Of a DNA stretch of 64,000 nucleotides, positions 27,480-42,738 are shown piece after piece (within the stretch, counting starts at the first letter, position 1; every line of letters starts with the position of its first letter). The position numbers were made by a program, and so were the translations under genes. The stretch comes from Eledone cirrhosa (Eukaryota), in NCBI GenBank assembly GCA_964016885.1, contig OZ024756.1, positions 43,834,001 to 43,898,000 on the forward strand, read 5' to 3'. Below the pieces are notes generated by a model. The model did no database searches, was not told the origin of the DNA, and saw only the letters and a list, made by a program, of their open reading frames with translations.

Positions 27480-27626
27480 GTACACACCCACACAGACATA
27501 GACAGATGTACACAGACACACACATACAGAATCTTAATGTTTGTATGTTTTATTATTGTGGGAATCAACTGATAAGTTCAAAGCTTTACAGCGGCCATAT
27601 TGCTCCCATCTTACTGAATATAGACT

Positions 27627-27697
<71 letters not shown>

Positions 27698-28045
27698 AGT
27701 ATTTGTAAGTGTTGATGTATTGTGGTTACAATTTATCGTTTCTTCTCTTCCATTCCTCTTCTTTCAATATCTGTATATATGTGAATGTTAAAAGTGAGAA
27801 GACTTCGTTTATGCCCCAGATCTTACACAGGCAGTGGCGGAATGGATCTAAAAATGTTGGTTGCCAGGAAATGAAGGGGGCCCACCTACATATAGAATGG
27901 TATCATTTAATTTTTATAAAGAACAAATAATATTTTCGAAAAATACATAAGTGGAAACAAAACAGTTCAATCAAATTTTTGCGGAAAAATATCTTGCCTT
28001 CTCCAATAAAAAATATTACGTATTTTGCGAAATCCAGAGACTTTC

Positions 28046-28235
28046 AATAATTGTTTCTACTTTTGGCACAAGGCCAGCAATTACCCAGTGCATTACTGGT
28101 ACTTTATTTTATCGACTCCGTAAGGATGAAAGGCAAAGTTAACCTCGGCGGGGTTTGAACTCAGATCATAAAGGGACGTAACTCTATGCTTCAAAGCATG
28201 GTGTCCGACTCTCTACCGATACTGCCAATCCCCCG
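28046..28235 (-). mobile_element. SINE family A, near full length
   Basis: A box, B box, core and tail match the other copies. Confidence 0.88.
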
Positions 28236-28258
28236 ACCTTTTGTCTTTCACACTCAGT

Positions 28259-28408
<150 letters not shown>

Positions 28409-28898
28409 ATGGAAGTGCGTGTATATGTGTGCACTAAACTGGCAAGCCCACCAAGTTTACTTGGTGAGGAGGGTGATTTTGGACACCCTGCAGGACAAAA
28501 AACAAAACCTGACAAAGGGCGGAAGAACTCATAAGAGTCAATGGCCTTCCAAAAATGTGTAAATATGTATATACACATATACGTATGTATATATATGTAT
28601 ATGCGTGTGTATATGCCTGGAGTGTCAGGGAGGGGCATGTATCTCTGTAGGGGGGGGGGGGCTAGCCATGCCCTTTTCCGGACAGCTCGTTCTGCATTGG
28701 GTCCCACCTGACATTCAGCTCTCACCTGTGGCCCCAAGAAGCTGTAGCATGCGACAGCAGCCAAACCCCGGTAAACCGCTTTGGCTGGCGGGCCGAACCA
28801 GGTTGAGGGTAGCCGGACGGATCTGAATATATATATATATACAGGCTTGTGTGTGTCTATGTGTGTTTGCATGCATGAATGAATACACTAAGCTTTCG

Positions 28899-29279
28899 AT
28901 CTTTTTAACTTTGATTTTGAAAGTAGGTTTATAATTATTAATTTTCATTTAACTTCTGTAGTTGTCTCGGCGGCCTAGCTGGAGGAGTCGTAGACGGTGG
29001 CGATCCTGGTCTGAAGTTCGATCCTTGTCGGGAGTAGGGTTCCCAGTACATATTTTCAGTTTTTTTCTATTGGTTGTAAAATAAATACCAGGATCTCTAC
29101 CGTCTCTAGTACTTACCACTAGGCCACAGAGACAGCTTATAAACCTACTTTCAAAATGTTCAAAACATATTCATGTGGTGTTGTTCATGTCTTTCTTAAT
29201 GATATTGCTCCTACTTAAGGTCGACTTCTAAATCATTTGGGTGTTCCATAAACTACATCCTCGTTTTATTTCACATCTA
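28899..29279. mobile_element. Second, inverted and partly deleted copy of the tRNA-cassette fold-back element
   Basis: Reverse-complement match to 11380-11830, including attgctcctacttaaggtcgacttc and the cacatcta terminus. Confidence 0.75.
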
Positions 29280-29309
29280 ATTATAGTCTAGATTCTAGAC
29301 AGACTTTTA

Positions 29310-29700
29310 GAGGTAGGGATGTCGAGTAAACTCACCCCAGTGCATTACTAGTACTTTATTTCGTCGGCTACGTGAGGATAAAAGACAAAGCTAACCTCGG
29401 AGGTTTTGAACTCGGAAAGTAAAGGGACATAACTAAATGCTGCAAAGCATTTTTTCCGAAATTACATCGATCCTGCAAATCAGTTACCTATTTTTTCTAT
29501 CATTAGCAGAAAGCCAGCAATTTTGGTAAAAGTCATATATATCGAATCCAATACTTCACAGAAACTTTATTTTATCAACCCCAGGAGTATGAAAGAAAAA
29601 GTTAAACTCAGTGGGTTTTGAACTCAGAACGTAAAGGGCTGTAACTCTATGCCGTAAAATAAATTACTTTCTTGCGTTCTACTGATTCTATGAATGCCCC
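29310..29700 (-). mobile_element. Two older tandem SINE family A copies
   Basis: Diverged core and B-box matches at ~29335-29460 and ~29495-29660. Confidence 0.65.
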
Positions 29701-30898
29701 ACCCTTATAATAACAATTGTAATTTTATCATACAAACCATAAGATAACAGACAATAAGCTTGCAATGGTTTCCCCACCAAAAATAACAGTGCTATATATT
29801 GGTAAGTGATATCAGCAAATGGTTGGAATGGTATGTAGGAGAAGCTGAGGAATTTTACTGATTTCGCTGTTGAATTAAAAACACATTATAGTCGTTAAGC
29901 AATGTTCCTGTTATCGCATTAATAATTGGTACAAGTGGATTAATATATAACCACAGTCATTAAGATATTCGACACATCCCATACAAGGATATACTTAGGT
30001 GGGATCCTCTATATGATTGCTTGATCTGCTAAAAATACAAGCCGAATCTTCCTCAATTCTCTTAGAAACGGACACGTGGTATATCTATATAGAAAGAACT
30101 GTGGTGTAGTATGGTATGCATCGCTAAGGCCAGAATATCTTTGACCTTAGGTCTGTCCGATCGAGACTGAACTGTGGCTAATTAAGAAAGAAGCAATTAA
30201 GATTTCTGCTCTTGTTCTCTGTACATTGTAAAACTATCGTCTGGTCACGGCCGGAATATCTTTGACCTTAGGTTTGTCTGGTCAGAACTAAACTGTGGCT
30301 AAGTAACAACAAAAACAATTAAGGCCTGTACATAGTGAAACTATCGTCTGGTCACAACCGGAATAACAGCAACATACAGGACCTGAATATATTATAAGGA
30401 GATTATGACAGCATTTGTTAACACTGGACATTTTACTGCAGGTTTACAGAGATGAACTTCATTTTATGTGGTGGTGTGGGGGGAGGGGGGGGTAGTAGTG
30501 GTGGTGTTGGAAGGGGAGGGGGGGGGGGTAGTGTGGTTTTGTGGTGGTGGTCGTGGTGGTGTCGGGTGGTGGTGGTGGTGTGATCAGGCTGTTGTGGAAT
30601 GCCGACAATGTTCTCTGGGAGTATGAGTTACAGGTATGAAGTATAGAGGGACAGATTGTTGTAGTGATGGTTGTTGTTGTTACTGTTGATGTTAGGTCTA
30701 GTGTTGAGAGGGAGAGAGAGAGGGAGAGAGGGATAGAGAGAGAGAGAGAGATAGATAGAGAGAGAGAGAGAGAGGGGGGGAAGAGAAGGGGAAGTGAGGA
30801 GGAACAGGAAAAATGTGAAGTTTGGTGTAATAAAGTAAATAAGAAACTGAAGCAGAGAGAACACACACACACACACACACACACACACGTATATATGC

Positions 30899-30945
<47 letters not shown>

Positions 30946-31349
30946 GTTATATAAATATATATATATTATATAGATATATATATATTATATAAATATATTA
31001 TATAGATATATATATTTTATATATATATACACACAAACATATATACATATATATGTGTGTGTGTAGAATGAGAGATGGAGGTAGAGACTGAATTAGGGGG
31101 TGGCGTGAGGTCAGTAAACAGATGTGGGGGAAATCGGCCTGGAAGCCATTCTCTATATAAGGACAATCCCTGTTAAATTCTTCATTTCTTATGTAACTGA
31201 CTCTGGCTTCCGGATAAAATGAATATGACACACACAAGTACATACATACATATATATGTATATATTAATATACATCATACACACATATATATATATATAT
31301 ATGTCTGTATATATTTATATATGTATATATATATATATATGTATATATG

Positions 31350-31459
<110 letters not shown>

Positions 31460-31491
31460 TGTAAATATATATATATATGTATATATATATG

Positions 31492-31533
<42 letters not shown>

Positions 31534-31583
31534 TGTATATATATATATATGTATATATATATATGTATACATATATATATATG

Positions 31584-31661
<78 letters not shown>

Positions 31662-31810
31662 TGTATATATATATATGTATACATATATATATATATATAT
31701 ATGTCTGTATATATATATATGTATACATATATATATATATCTGTATATATATGTATATATATATATATGTCTGTATATATATATATGTATATATGTATAT
31801 ATATACGTAG

Positions 31811-32240
31811 GACTGGATTGATGTCCATCCAAACCACATCCCTTTCTTCGTCCTCACTGAAACCCATCTCAGTAACCTCCACTTGGAAGCCGAGGTGAAA
31901 GTGAAAAATTTCAAAGCCATCCGTGCTGATCGCGCTGGCAGAAGAAAGGGCGGAACTGCCATTTATGTCCATAATTCTTTCTCAACAGAGGCTATGAACA
32001 TATTCACTAATGGATACTGTGAGGCAGTCACTGTATTCAGTCAAACCAACAACCTATTAGTAGTTGGGCTCTATAGGCCACCCCAAACGCCTGTACCATG
32101 CTTCAAGGAATGCCTCAACAGCATAAAGTGTTTCATCCAAGAGTGTCACCCTGACAACATCTTAATGATGGGGGACTTCAACCTCCCCGGAGTTGACTGG
32201 TCCACAAACACCCTGCCACCAGGTTCTTCTGCCTCAACCT
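31811..32240 (+). mobile_element. LINE ORF2 apurinic endonuclease (APE) domain, CR1/L2-like, running into the gap
   Basis: Uninterrupted frame with [25 protein letters not shown] and MGDFNLPGVDW motifs. Confidence 0.9.
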
Positions 32241-32440
32241 NNNNNNNNNNNNNNNNNNNNNNNNNNNNNNNNNNNNNNNNNNNNNNNNNNNNNNNNNNNN
32301 NNNNNNNNNNNNNNNNNNNNNNNNNNNNNNNNNNNNNNNNNNNNNNNNNNNNNNNNNNNNNNNNNNNNNNNNNNNNNNNNNNNNNNNNNNNNNNNNNNNN
32401 NNNNNNNNNNNNNNNNNNNNNNNNNNNNNNNNNNNNNNNN
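32241..32440. other. Assembly gap (200 N)
   Basis: Run of n. Confidence 1.
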
Positions 32441-36030
<3,590 letters not shown>

Positions 36031-36039
36031 ACATCCAGC

Positions 36040-36276
36040 CCGAAACAAATGAGGTTGTGTCGGTGTCAACAAAAAAACACACAGTCCATGCTGTAATGTG
36101 GCCGTGTAGGTAACACGGTAAAAACCTCCCAGTCCACACTGTAAACGTGGTTGGTGTTAGGAAGGGCATCCAGCCGTAAAAAACCCGCCAGACAGTCCTA
36201 TGCGAGCAAGACACCCACTCTTGGCTCAAGTGGGAAAACTCCCGTCGAATATGGACGTTAAACGATGATGATGATG
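36040..36276 (+). mobile_element. SINE/non-autonomous retroelement family B ending in GACGTTAAAC(GAT)n
   Basis: gtccacactgtaaacgtggttggtgttaggaagggcatccagccg...ggacgttaaacgatgatgatg, closely matching 47385-47640. Confidence 0.8.
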
Positions 36277-36292
36277 ACACACATATATATAT

Positions 36293-36339
<47 letters not shown>

Positions 36340-36696
36340 CACACACATATATATATATACACACACACATATATATATATACAGACACATATATATATAT
36401 ACACACACATATATATATATACACACACATATATATATATATACACACACATATATATATATACACACACATATATATATATACACACATATATATATAT
36501 ATACACACATATATATATATATATACACACATATATATATATATATACACACATATATATATATATACACACACATATATATATATACACACACATATAT
36601 ATATACACACACATATATATACACACATATATATATATCTATACATATATAGTGACGAAACATAAGTCAATTGCATGAACTCATAATCCTTTATTT

Positions 36697-36752
36697 ACTG
36701 CTATATATATTTCAATGATAGCCATTGAATGGCTATGACCTCATCAGGCAGT
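36697..36752 (-). ncRNA. Minimal type I hammerhead ribozyme motif
   Basis: Minus strand: ACTGC-CTGATGA-ggtcATAGCCATtcaATGGCTATcatt-GAAA-TATATA-TA-GCAGT. It has a perfect 5-bp stem I, an intact core and a palindromic stem III. Confidence 0.7.
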
Positions 36753-36815
36753 TAGTCAGTTCTTAGATATGCCAGCTCTGTGTTTATGGTATTGATGGTA
36801 TCAGAGCCTTGGGAC

Positions 36816-36865
<50 letters not shown>

Positions 36866-37714
36866 TCATTGGTTAAGCAAAACAAGACCACAAATTTCAC
36901 AAGGAAGACATTATTAAAAGATTACCAACATATTTTAGTTTGATGTAAGGAATGTAGAGAATAATAATAATAATGTCTGTTTACAATTGTTTCGTGTGTA
37001 TGCGGTGTGTAAGTATATATATGTACACACACATATATATAGATATCGTCCATTTTCTACGTTAGCATAGGTTAGACAAGTTGTCCCGTTGTATGACAAG
37101 TTAGATCAGGTGGTCATGTCTTGCTCATACAAAACTGTTTCTTATTTTAATTACAATCTTCCAACATAGTTTTATATAAGAACCATATGTTAGTTGCTAT
37201 CTCAGTAATGAAATAGTTTTTAATTGAAATTCCTCCAAGTTCTTTATTAATTATGTTAAGAGTTAAAGGGCTCCTATTTAAATTGAAGTTTTCCAACATT
37301 TCATATAAGAACCATATGTTAGTTAAGTTACTACCCTAGTAATGAAATAATAATTATATTAAACCACTCAATGAAATAATTAATTATATTAAATTACTCT
37401 AAGTTTGTCATTAATTAATTGAAATAGAGTGTATTTCATTATAAATGCAGTGATGAATACATTAAACCAAGTACAGCAAACTATGAAAATATGCAAACTA
37501 TGAAAATATGAACATAAACAGCAGGAAGTAAGGCAACTCTGTGACAAGGTTTCGATTTCTGGTTGAAACTGATCTACACTTATATCCTACATTCTGAACG
37601 TTATGGAAGTAGACTGGGACACTGGCCTTTAAATAATGTAGGTGATGTGCCATGACAGGAAACATCCATTACACTCTGTAAGGTGGATAGAATACTTTGC
37701 AATATTCATTTCGA

Positions 37715-37990
37715 CTCGCTGCTCTGAGTTCAAATCTCACCAAGGTCAACTTTGCCTTTCATCATTTCGAAGTCGATAAAAAAAGTACCAGTCTAGTACT
37801 GGGATAGATTCTTCGTCTATATCTCTTTCACACTTCCATTCTCTCACTCTCTCTCTATCTTTCTCTGGAAGAAATCTGCTGTATTCTGACCTGGAGAGGA
37901 GATGAGCTCCACTAAGTTTAAACATACCCTAGAAATGTTTTTATGTCAATATGGTGACCCTACAATTCCCTCAGGTGTTACGAGATCATG
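37715..37990 (+). mobile_element. SINE family A with an extended 3' segment also seen at 9010-9205
   Basis: gagttcaaatctcaccaaggtcaactttgcctttcatc..gtaccagt, then gaaatctgctgtattctgacctggaga...ctcaggtgttacgagatc, similar to 9090-9205. Confidence 0.65.
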
Positions 37991-38184
37991 GATGTTTTTA
38001 TGCTGACACTAAATTGATGATAATGATGATGATTATTTGCAGCTGTGCTCACCCTTTCTTTCATTTATCATTTACAGACTATGAACTGCAGCAGCGACAG
38101 TAGCAGGGGTCATTAAACAACATCTCCTCGTGTCTGCTACCAAGTTATAAACACCTTCCAATCACCTCACAGCCTCACTCAACA

Positions 38185-41100
38185 ATGGATGTAGAACTCC
38201 ACAAATTATCAACACTGAAAAGTTCTTTGAACAGCAGTAAGTATCCGTGCGAATATTGCCAGAAGTCTTTCTCAAGACCCAGCCATCTAACACGTCACCT
38301 CAGAGTACACACTGGTGAAAAACCGTTTTTCTGTTTGGTATGTGGCAAGGGTTTCAAACAGTCAAACCACTTGACCTCTCATGCAAAAATCCACCACAAA
38401 TCTACCGACACCAACAACAATTCTCTCTCAGTTCTCACGGCTGATCCAGTGTTACCCACTCTCGATACTCCAGCAAATTTCTTGATTCCTGTTGACAAAA
38501 GCAACAATGAAATGTCTCCCAGTCAATCCTCTCTTTGCTTCACTAACAGATTATTATTATCTTCACAGTTAAAAAGAGAATCTGACTTAAATCTAAAGGA
38601 CGATGAATGTGTCATTACAAAAACTAACCCTAGCAGACAAGATGTAAACCCGAGGTTAAATGAATCCTTTGCGACAAGCTTGCGAAGGTCAACACCAGGA
38701 TTTCTGTCTAAACAGAACTTAAACTATAAAAAAGATGCTTCAAAATTAACTAAGAAAAGCCCTGTCAGCATTGAGTTAACAACATCTTTGAAATGTGAAC
38801 TATGTATGGAAGAATTCATGAATTATAATTCCTTGAATATTCATCTACAGACACACATATTACCAGCAAAAAGTCAGCAACAAAAGAGACCAACAATAAA
38901 AAATATGAATGTTTTCTCTTATAGGGATTATTTGTCACAGAGAAATGTTTCGGTAAATAAAGATGGACATCAGCAGATTCAGATGAAAGAGAATTTAGAT
39001 GTTAGTAAAGATGTTAGTAATGTTTCATTTAATGAGTCTACTGACGTATTAAATGATGAGATTGTATTTCGTCAGTCAGAAGCTGAATCTGATGATGATG
39101 ATGATGATGTTGTTATCATTAAACCAGATCCTGACAGTGAGGCAAACCTCCATTCTGATTCGGCCCAGGGGTCTGAGGCTTTGAAATTAATTAAATCAGC
39201 CCCTCATGCCAAATATCCTCAACAAGATGACACCAGGGAACCATCAAAACATAAACATCATCTCGACTCTGTGGACCTCAATGAAAACTCAACACTCGAA
39301 ACTCTTGCAGAAGACAACTTCAAATCAGGATTTTCTTCTTCAAACTTGAGGATTCTAGAAAAGATTTTATCTGGAGAAATGGTAGAACAGAGCTATTTGA
39401 ATACAGCATCATCATCATCAACACCACCACCACCACCACCACCACCACCATCATCATCATCATCTCAGTCATTATCTGTTAAACGGCAACCTTTTGAACG
39501 CTTTGACATCGACAAGAATATTCGCACACATCCGGTCAGCTCAACGCTGTCTACCAGAGATAAACAAACACCACACCAATGGGAAACACCACATTCATCC
39601 AGCGTCAGTCCAAGTAAACGGCATCGGCAAATTCTTTCATCGCTAGCCAATGATGCCACAACTACACAACAGCAACCTCTACATCTTACTTCAAACAAAG
39701 AAACTTCCAGTGACCCTGCTCAACTAAACAGAACACTTTTCCCATCAACCATTCCAGAAAACCAGTCACAGACAAGTGTCTCAAGAACCTCCAAGTTGAA
39801 GCCTGATGTATTTGTGTCACGGGCCAACTTCAATATCAACAACACTTCTTCCGCCCAACAACCGGAAGGTCGGAAAAGTCATTCAAATCGCTTGATAAAT
39901 AAATCGAACACTATTCTATCTAAAACTCCATTGACAATCAACCGACAACATACAAGCACCAATTTTATGTCTTTTAAGAATCAGCATCAGAGTTATCAAT
40001 CAAGAATAAAGAAACCACATTTAAATAGTTTTAGTTTGTACCAAAACCGTAATCGGTACTTATCTGGCAACAATTCTCAGAACAGGTTTCGATGTAAATA
40101 CTGTCCAAAAGCTTTCTCTCGTCCAAGTCATTTGCTACGACATGTTCGTGTCCACACAGGAGAGAAGCCATTCAAATGTAAATATTGTGGAAAACAATTT
40201 CGCCAGTCAAATCACTTAACAACTCACATTAGAATTCATACTGGCATCAAATCATTCCAACATAAGTTCCAGATCAGTTCCAGACCATTTGAATGTCAGC
40301 TGTGTGGACAAAGTTTCTTCTTACTTGATCATTTAAATCTACATCTTCAGTCACATGTCACCAATCTCAGCTATCCTAATACACACTTCACTGACGAAGC
40401 TCTCGTTATGCTGGATGATAATGAAGATTCAGTGTTGATAGATGATGAAACCTCTTCACACAGCACCAATCTGGTGAAAACAAATCCAATACAAAATGAT
40501 GAACCCTCTGTATCGAAGAACCGGAATCTAAGTGTACATCCCTCCATCTTGTATATTAATGAATCGTCAGAGGTGTGTCACAAAGACTCAAGGAATACTA
40601 AACCTATTGAGATTTTATCAGATGATGGAAGTATTGAAGAAATCTGTCAAAATCCTGATACTGAAGGTGGAGATTCAGATGTTGAAGACAATCAGATGCC
40701 TGTTGGGTCTGACTTTAATACGGAATATATTACACCCCATGCAACCGAGATGTGGACATCGAGAGAAGATAATCTGGATTGTAAAACTTCAGTTTCTAGT
40801 CTAAGTGAGTTCCATAACCAGTTACCCACTGAGACATATACAACTAAAGAACTGGGATGGAAGTCTCGGCTTACTTCAGACTCTACAGATAATCAGGACA
40901 GCATGGAAGATGTGAAATACGAGGAAGATAGCAATATTATTGAACAAGACAATCCTAATCTTTCAGAAATTAAAGCTTCTTTAAAGAAAGAACAGGAATC
41001 TATTGATGAGTGCAGTCCTGATACTTTACTGTTTAGACAGCAGATGACACCAAAACTGGCTGCGAGCCCTAAACCAGATGAAGGCCTTGTCAGGGTGAAA

Positions 41101-42426
41101 GAAGAACCTTTAGAAGAGGAAGATTTAATGGAAGGGAGTAACATGACATTAAATGATAAACATTTGTCCACAGTTTGTAAATATACTGACAAAGGTAACA
41201 TGGAAGACTTTCTTGAACAAGAACAAAGTAAGTTTGTTGGAAACTGCCTCCAAAATATAAAAACAGAGGAATGTGAGACAACAAAGGCATCTGGTTATCC
41301 ACTTACAGTCGAAGATGAACAAGACATCTGGAAGAAATTTATACAAACTTCGTCTCATATTTTTAATGAAGATATACAGAGATTTAATGATCCTAGAAAA
41401 AATGAAAGTATTATTTCCAACCAAACTACGAGAGATAATAATGGTGTGGAACTAACTGAATCCTTCGGTTCCAGTAGAAGGATAAAATGTGATTATTGTA
41501 ATGAACACTTTGAAAGTTTAAACCACTATGGTATACATCTTAAATCCCATTATACAGACAATGAAGACTTTCTGGATAATTCCACCAACAGATACAACAC
41601 AAGTTTTGGTTCTAATGCAGCAGCAATACCACAGAGTTTATTGGCTGTCAATGGTGGTTCTACACACAATACGAAAACTTCAACTCAAGAGTCTGAACAT
41701 AGTTTAACTTCATCAAATAGGAGATTAAAGAGAGCAGGAAATGAAAATGATTTGTTTGGTTCATCATCTGTGGCTAAAAAACCACAATTTGAATGTACAT
41801 ATTGTGAAAAATCATTCTCTCGACCCAGTCACCTAACCAGACATATTCGGATACACACTGGCGAGAAACCATTCAAGTGCAACATCTGCAATAAAAGCTT
41901 CACCCAGTCCAACCATCTAACATCACATTTAAAGATACATACAGAAAAGAAACTTATTAACTATTCTAGCAATCAACAGTGTTTTTCAATGCTGAGCCAA
42001 ATTGAAGCACAGCTGAAATCCCAAAGGTCATGGCACTCTAACCCTGTTGAAAGAAAATCACTTACCCTCCACAGTAGTAATAATCACAACACTGAAAAGC
42101 CATCACATGGAGAAACTCTTAACACTACTACTACTTCTACAGATCTACTCAATTCAGTCAACCGGGAATTGTTTACAACAAACAAAGAACTGGAAACTGA
42201 AGAATTGTCACATGATCTGAGGGAAGAAATTTCTGGCCTAACAGATCCTCGAGATCCTTCAGCCAAACAGAGCAAGCATGATATCTCTTCCTTTAATTCT
42301 GCAAATACTGTTCCCACCAACATCATGCCATCAGTCAGCACCAAAAGTATTTCAAGAGAGCCCTATTTCAAAGTTAAAAAAGAGGCTTTTACAAGAGAAT
42401 ATTCCTCAGAATGGCAGAGACGATAA
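38185..42426 (+). CDS. C2H2 zinc-finger protein, 1413 aa, 9 fingers, single coding exon
   Basis: Long open frame with three two-finger arrays joined by HTGEKPF linkers (~38242-38400, ~40087-40245, ~41788-41945) and three isolated CxxC..HxxxH fingers. A splice acceptor tttcatttatcatttacag ends at 38077, and AATAAA signals lie at ~42852-42875. Confidence 0.95.
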   Translation: MDVELHKLSTLKSSLNSSKYPCEYCQKSFSRPSHLTRHLRVHTGEKPFFCLVCGKGFKQSNHLTSHAKIHHKSTDTNNNSLSVLTADPVLPTLDTPANFLIPVDKSNNEMSPSQSSLCFTNRLLLSSQLKRESDLNLKDDECVITKTNPSRQDVNPRLNESFATSLRRSTPGFLSKQNLNYKKDASKLTKKSPVSIELTTSLKCELCMEEFMNYNSLNIHLQTHILPAKSQQQKRPTIKNMNVFSYRDYLSQRNVSVNKDGHQQIQMKENLDVSKDVSNVSFNESTDVLNDEIVFRQSEAESDDDDDDVVIIKPDPDSEANLHSDSAQGSEALKLIKSAPHAKYPQQDDTREPSKHKHHLDSVDLNENSTLETLAEDNFKSGFSSSNLRILEKILSGEMVEQSYLNTASSSSTPPPPPPPPPSSSSSQSLSVKRQPFERFDIDKNIRTHPVSSTLSTRDKQTPHQWETPHSSSVSPSKRHRQILSSLANDATTTQQQPLHLTSNKETSSDPAQLNRTLFPSTIPENQSQTSVSRTSKLKPDVFVSRANFNINNTSSAQQPEGRKSHSNRLINKSNTILSKTPLTINRQHTSTNFMSFKNQHQSYQSRIKKPHLNSFSLYQNRNRYLSGNNSQNRFRCKYCPKAFSRPSHLLRHVRVHTGEKPFKCKYCGKQFRQSNHLTTHIRIHTGIKSFQHKFQISSRPFECQLCGQSFFLLDHLNLHLQSHVTNLSYPNTHFTDEALVMLDDNEDSVLIDDETSSHSTNLVKTNPIQNDEPSVSKNRNLSVHPSILYINESSEVCHKDSRNTKPIEILSDDGSIEEICQNPDTEGGDSDVEDNQMPVGSDFNTEYITPHATEMWTSREDNLDCKTSVSSLSEFHNQLPTETYTTKELGWKSRLTSDSTDNQDSMEDVKYEEDSNIIEQDNPNLSEIKASLKKEQESIDECSPDTLLFRQQMTPKLAASPKPDEGLVRVKEEPLEEEDLMEGSNMTLNDKHLSTVCKYTDKGNMEDFLEQEQSKFVGNCLQNIKTEECETTKASGYPLTVEDEQDIWKKFIQTSSHIFNEDIQRFNDPRKNESIISNQTTRDNNGVELTESFGSSRRIKCDYCNEHFESLNHYGIHLKSHYTDNEDFLDNSTNRYNTSFGSNAAAIPQSLLAVNGGSTHNTKTSTQESEHSLTSSNRRLKRAGNENDLFGSSSVAKKPQFECTYCEKSFSRPSHLTRHIRIHTGEKPFKCNICNKSFTQSNHLTSHLKIHTEKKLINYSSNQQCFSMLSQIEAQLKSQRSWHSNPVERKSLTLHSSNNHNTEKPSHGETLNTTTTSTDLLNSVNRELFTTNKELETEELSHDLREEISGLTDPRDPSAKQSKHDISSFNSANTVPTNIMPSVSTKSISREPYFKVKKEAFTREYSSEWQRR

Positions 42427-42557
42427 AATAGCTGCTTCAGAGAAAGAAGTTTTGTATCGAAACAATGTTAAACCAGAAATTTAACCAAACATTTGAAATA
42501 TTTTCTTTAATTAACTTTCAAATTTCTCTGCTGAAATTTAGTATTTACAAGTCATAC

Positions 42558-42591
<34 letters not shown>

Positions 42592-42664
42592 ATGTGTGTG
42601 TGTATGTATTACCCTTGCTAGCAGGGAAAGCAGGTGTTAAAATGATGATGATGATATATATATA

Positions 42665-42738
42665 TAGGGGTGGCAGAAAAACCTCCCAAATTTTACAGTC
42701 ATTGTGTTAAATATTGGAAGTTTTTCTGCTGCCCCCTG
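42665..42738. mobile_element. Tiny Tc1/mariner-type MITE downstream of the zinc-finger stop codon
   Basis: taggggtggcagaaaaacctcc ... ggaagtttttctgctgccccctg, within a TA run. Confidence 0.65.

Noticed and set aside
39465-42484. Short overlapping or antisense ORFs inside the zinc-finger CDS
   Set aside because: Shadows of the main ORF with no independent motifs.
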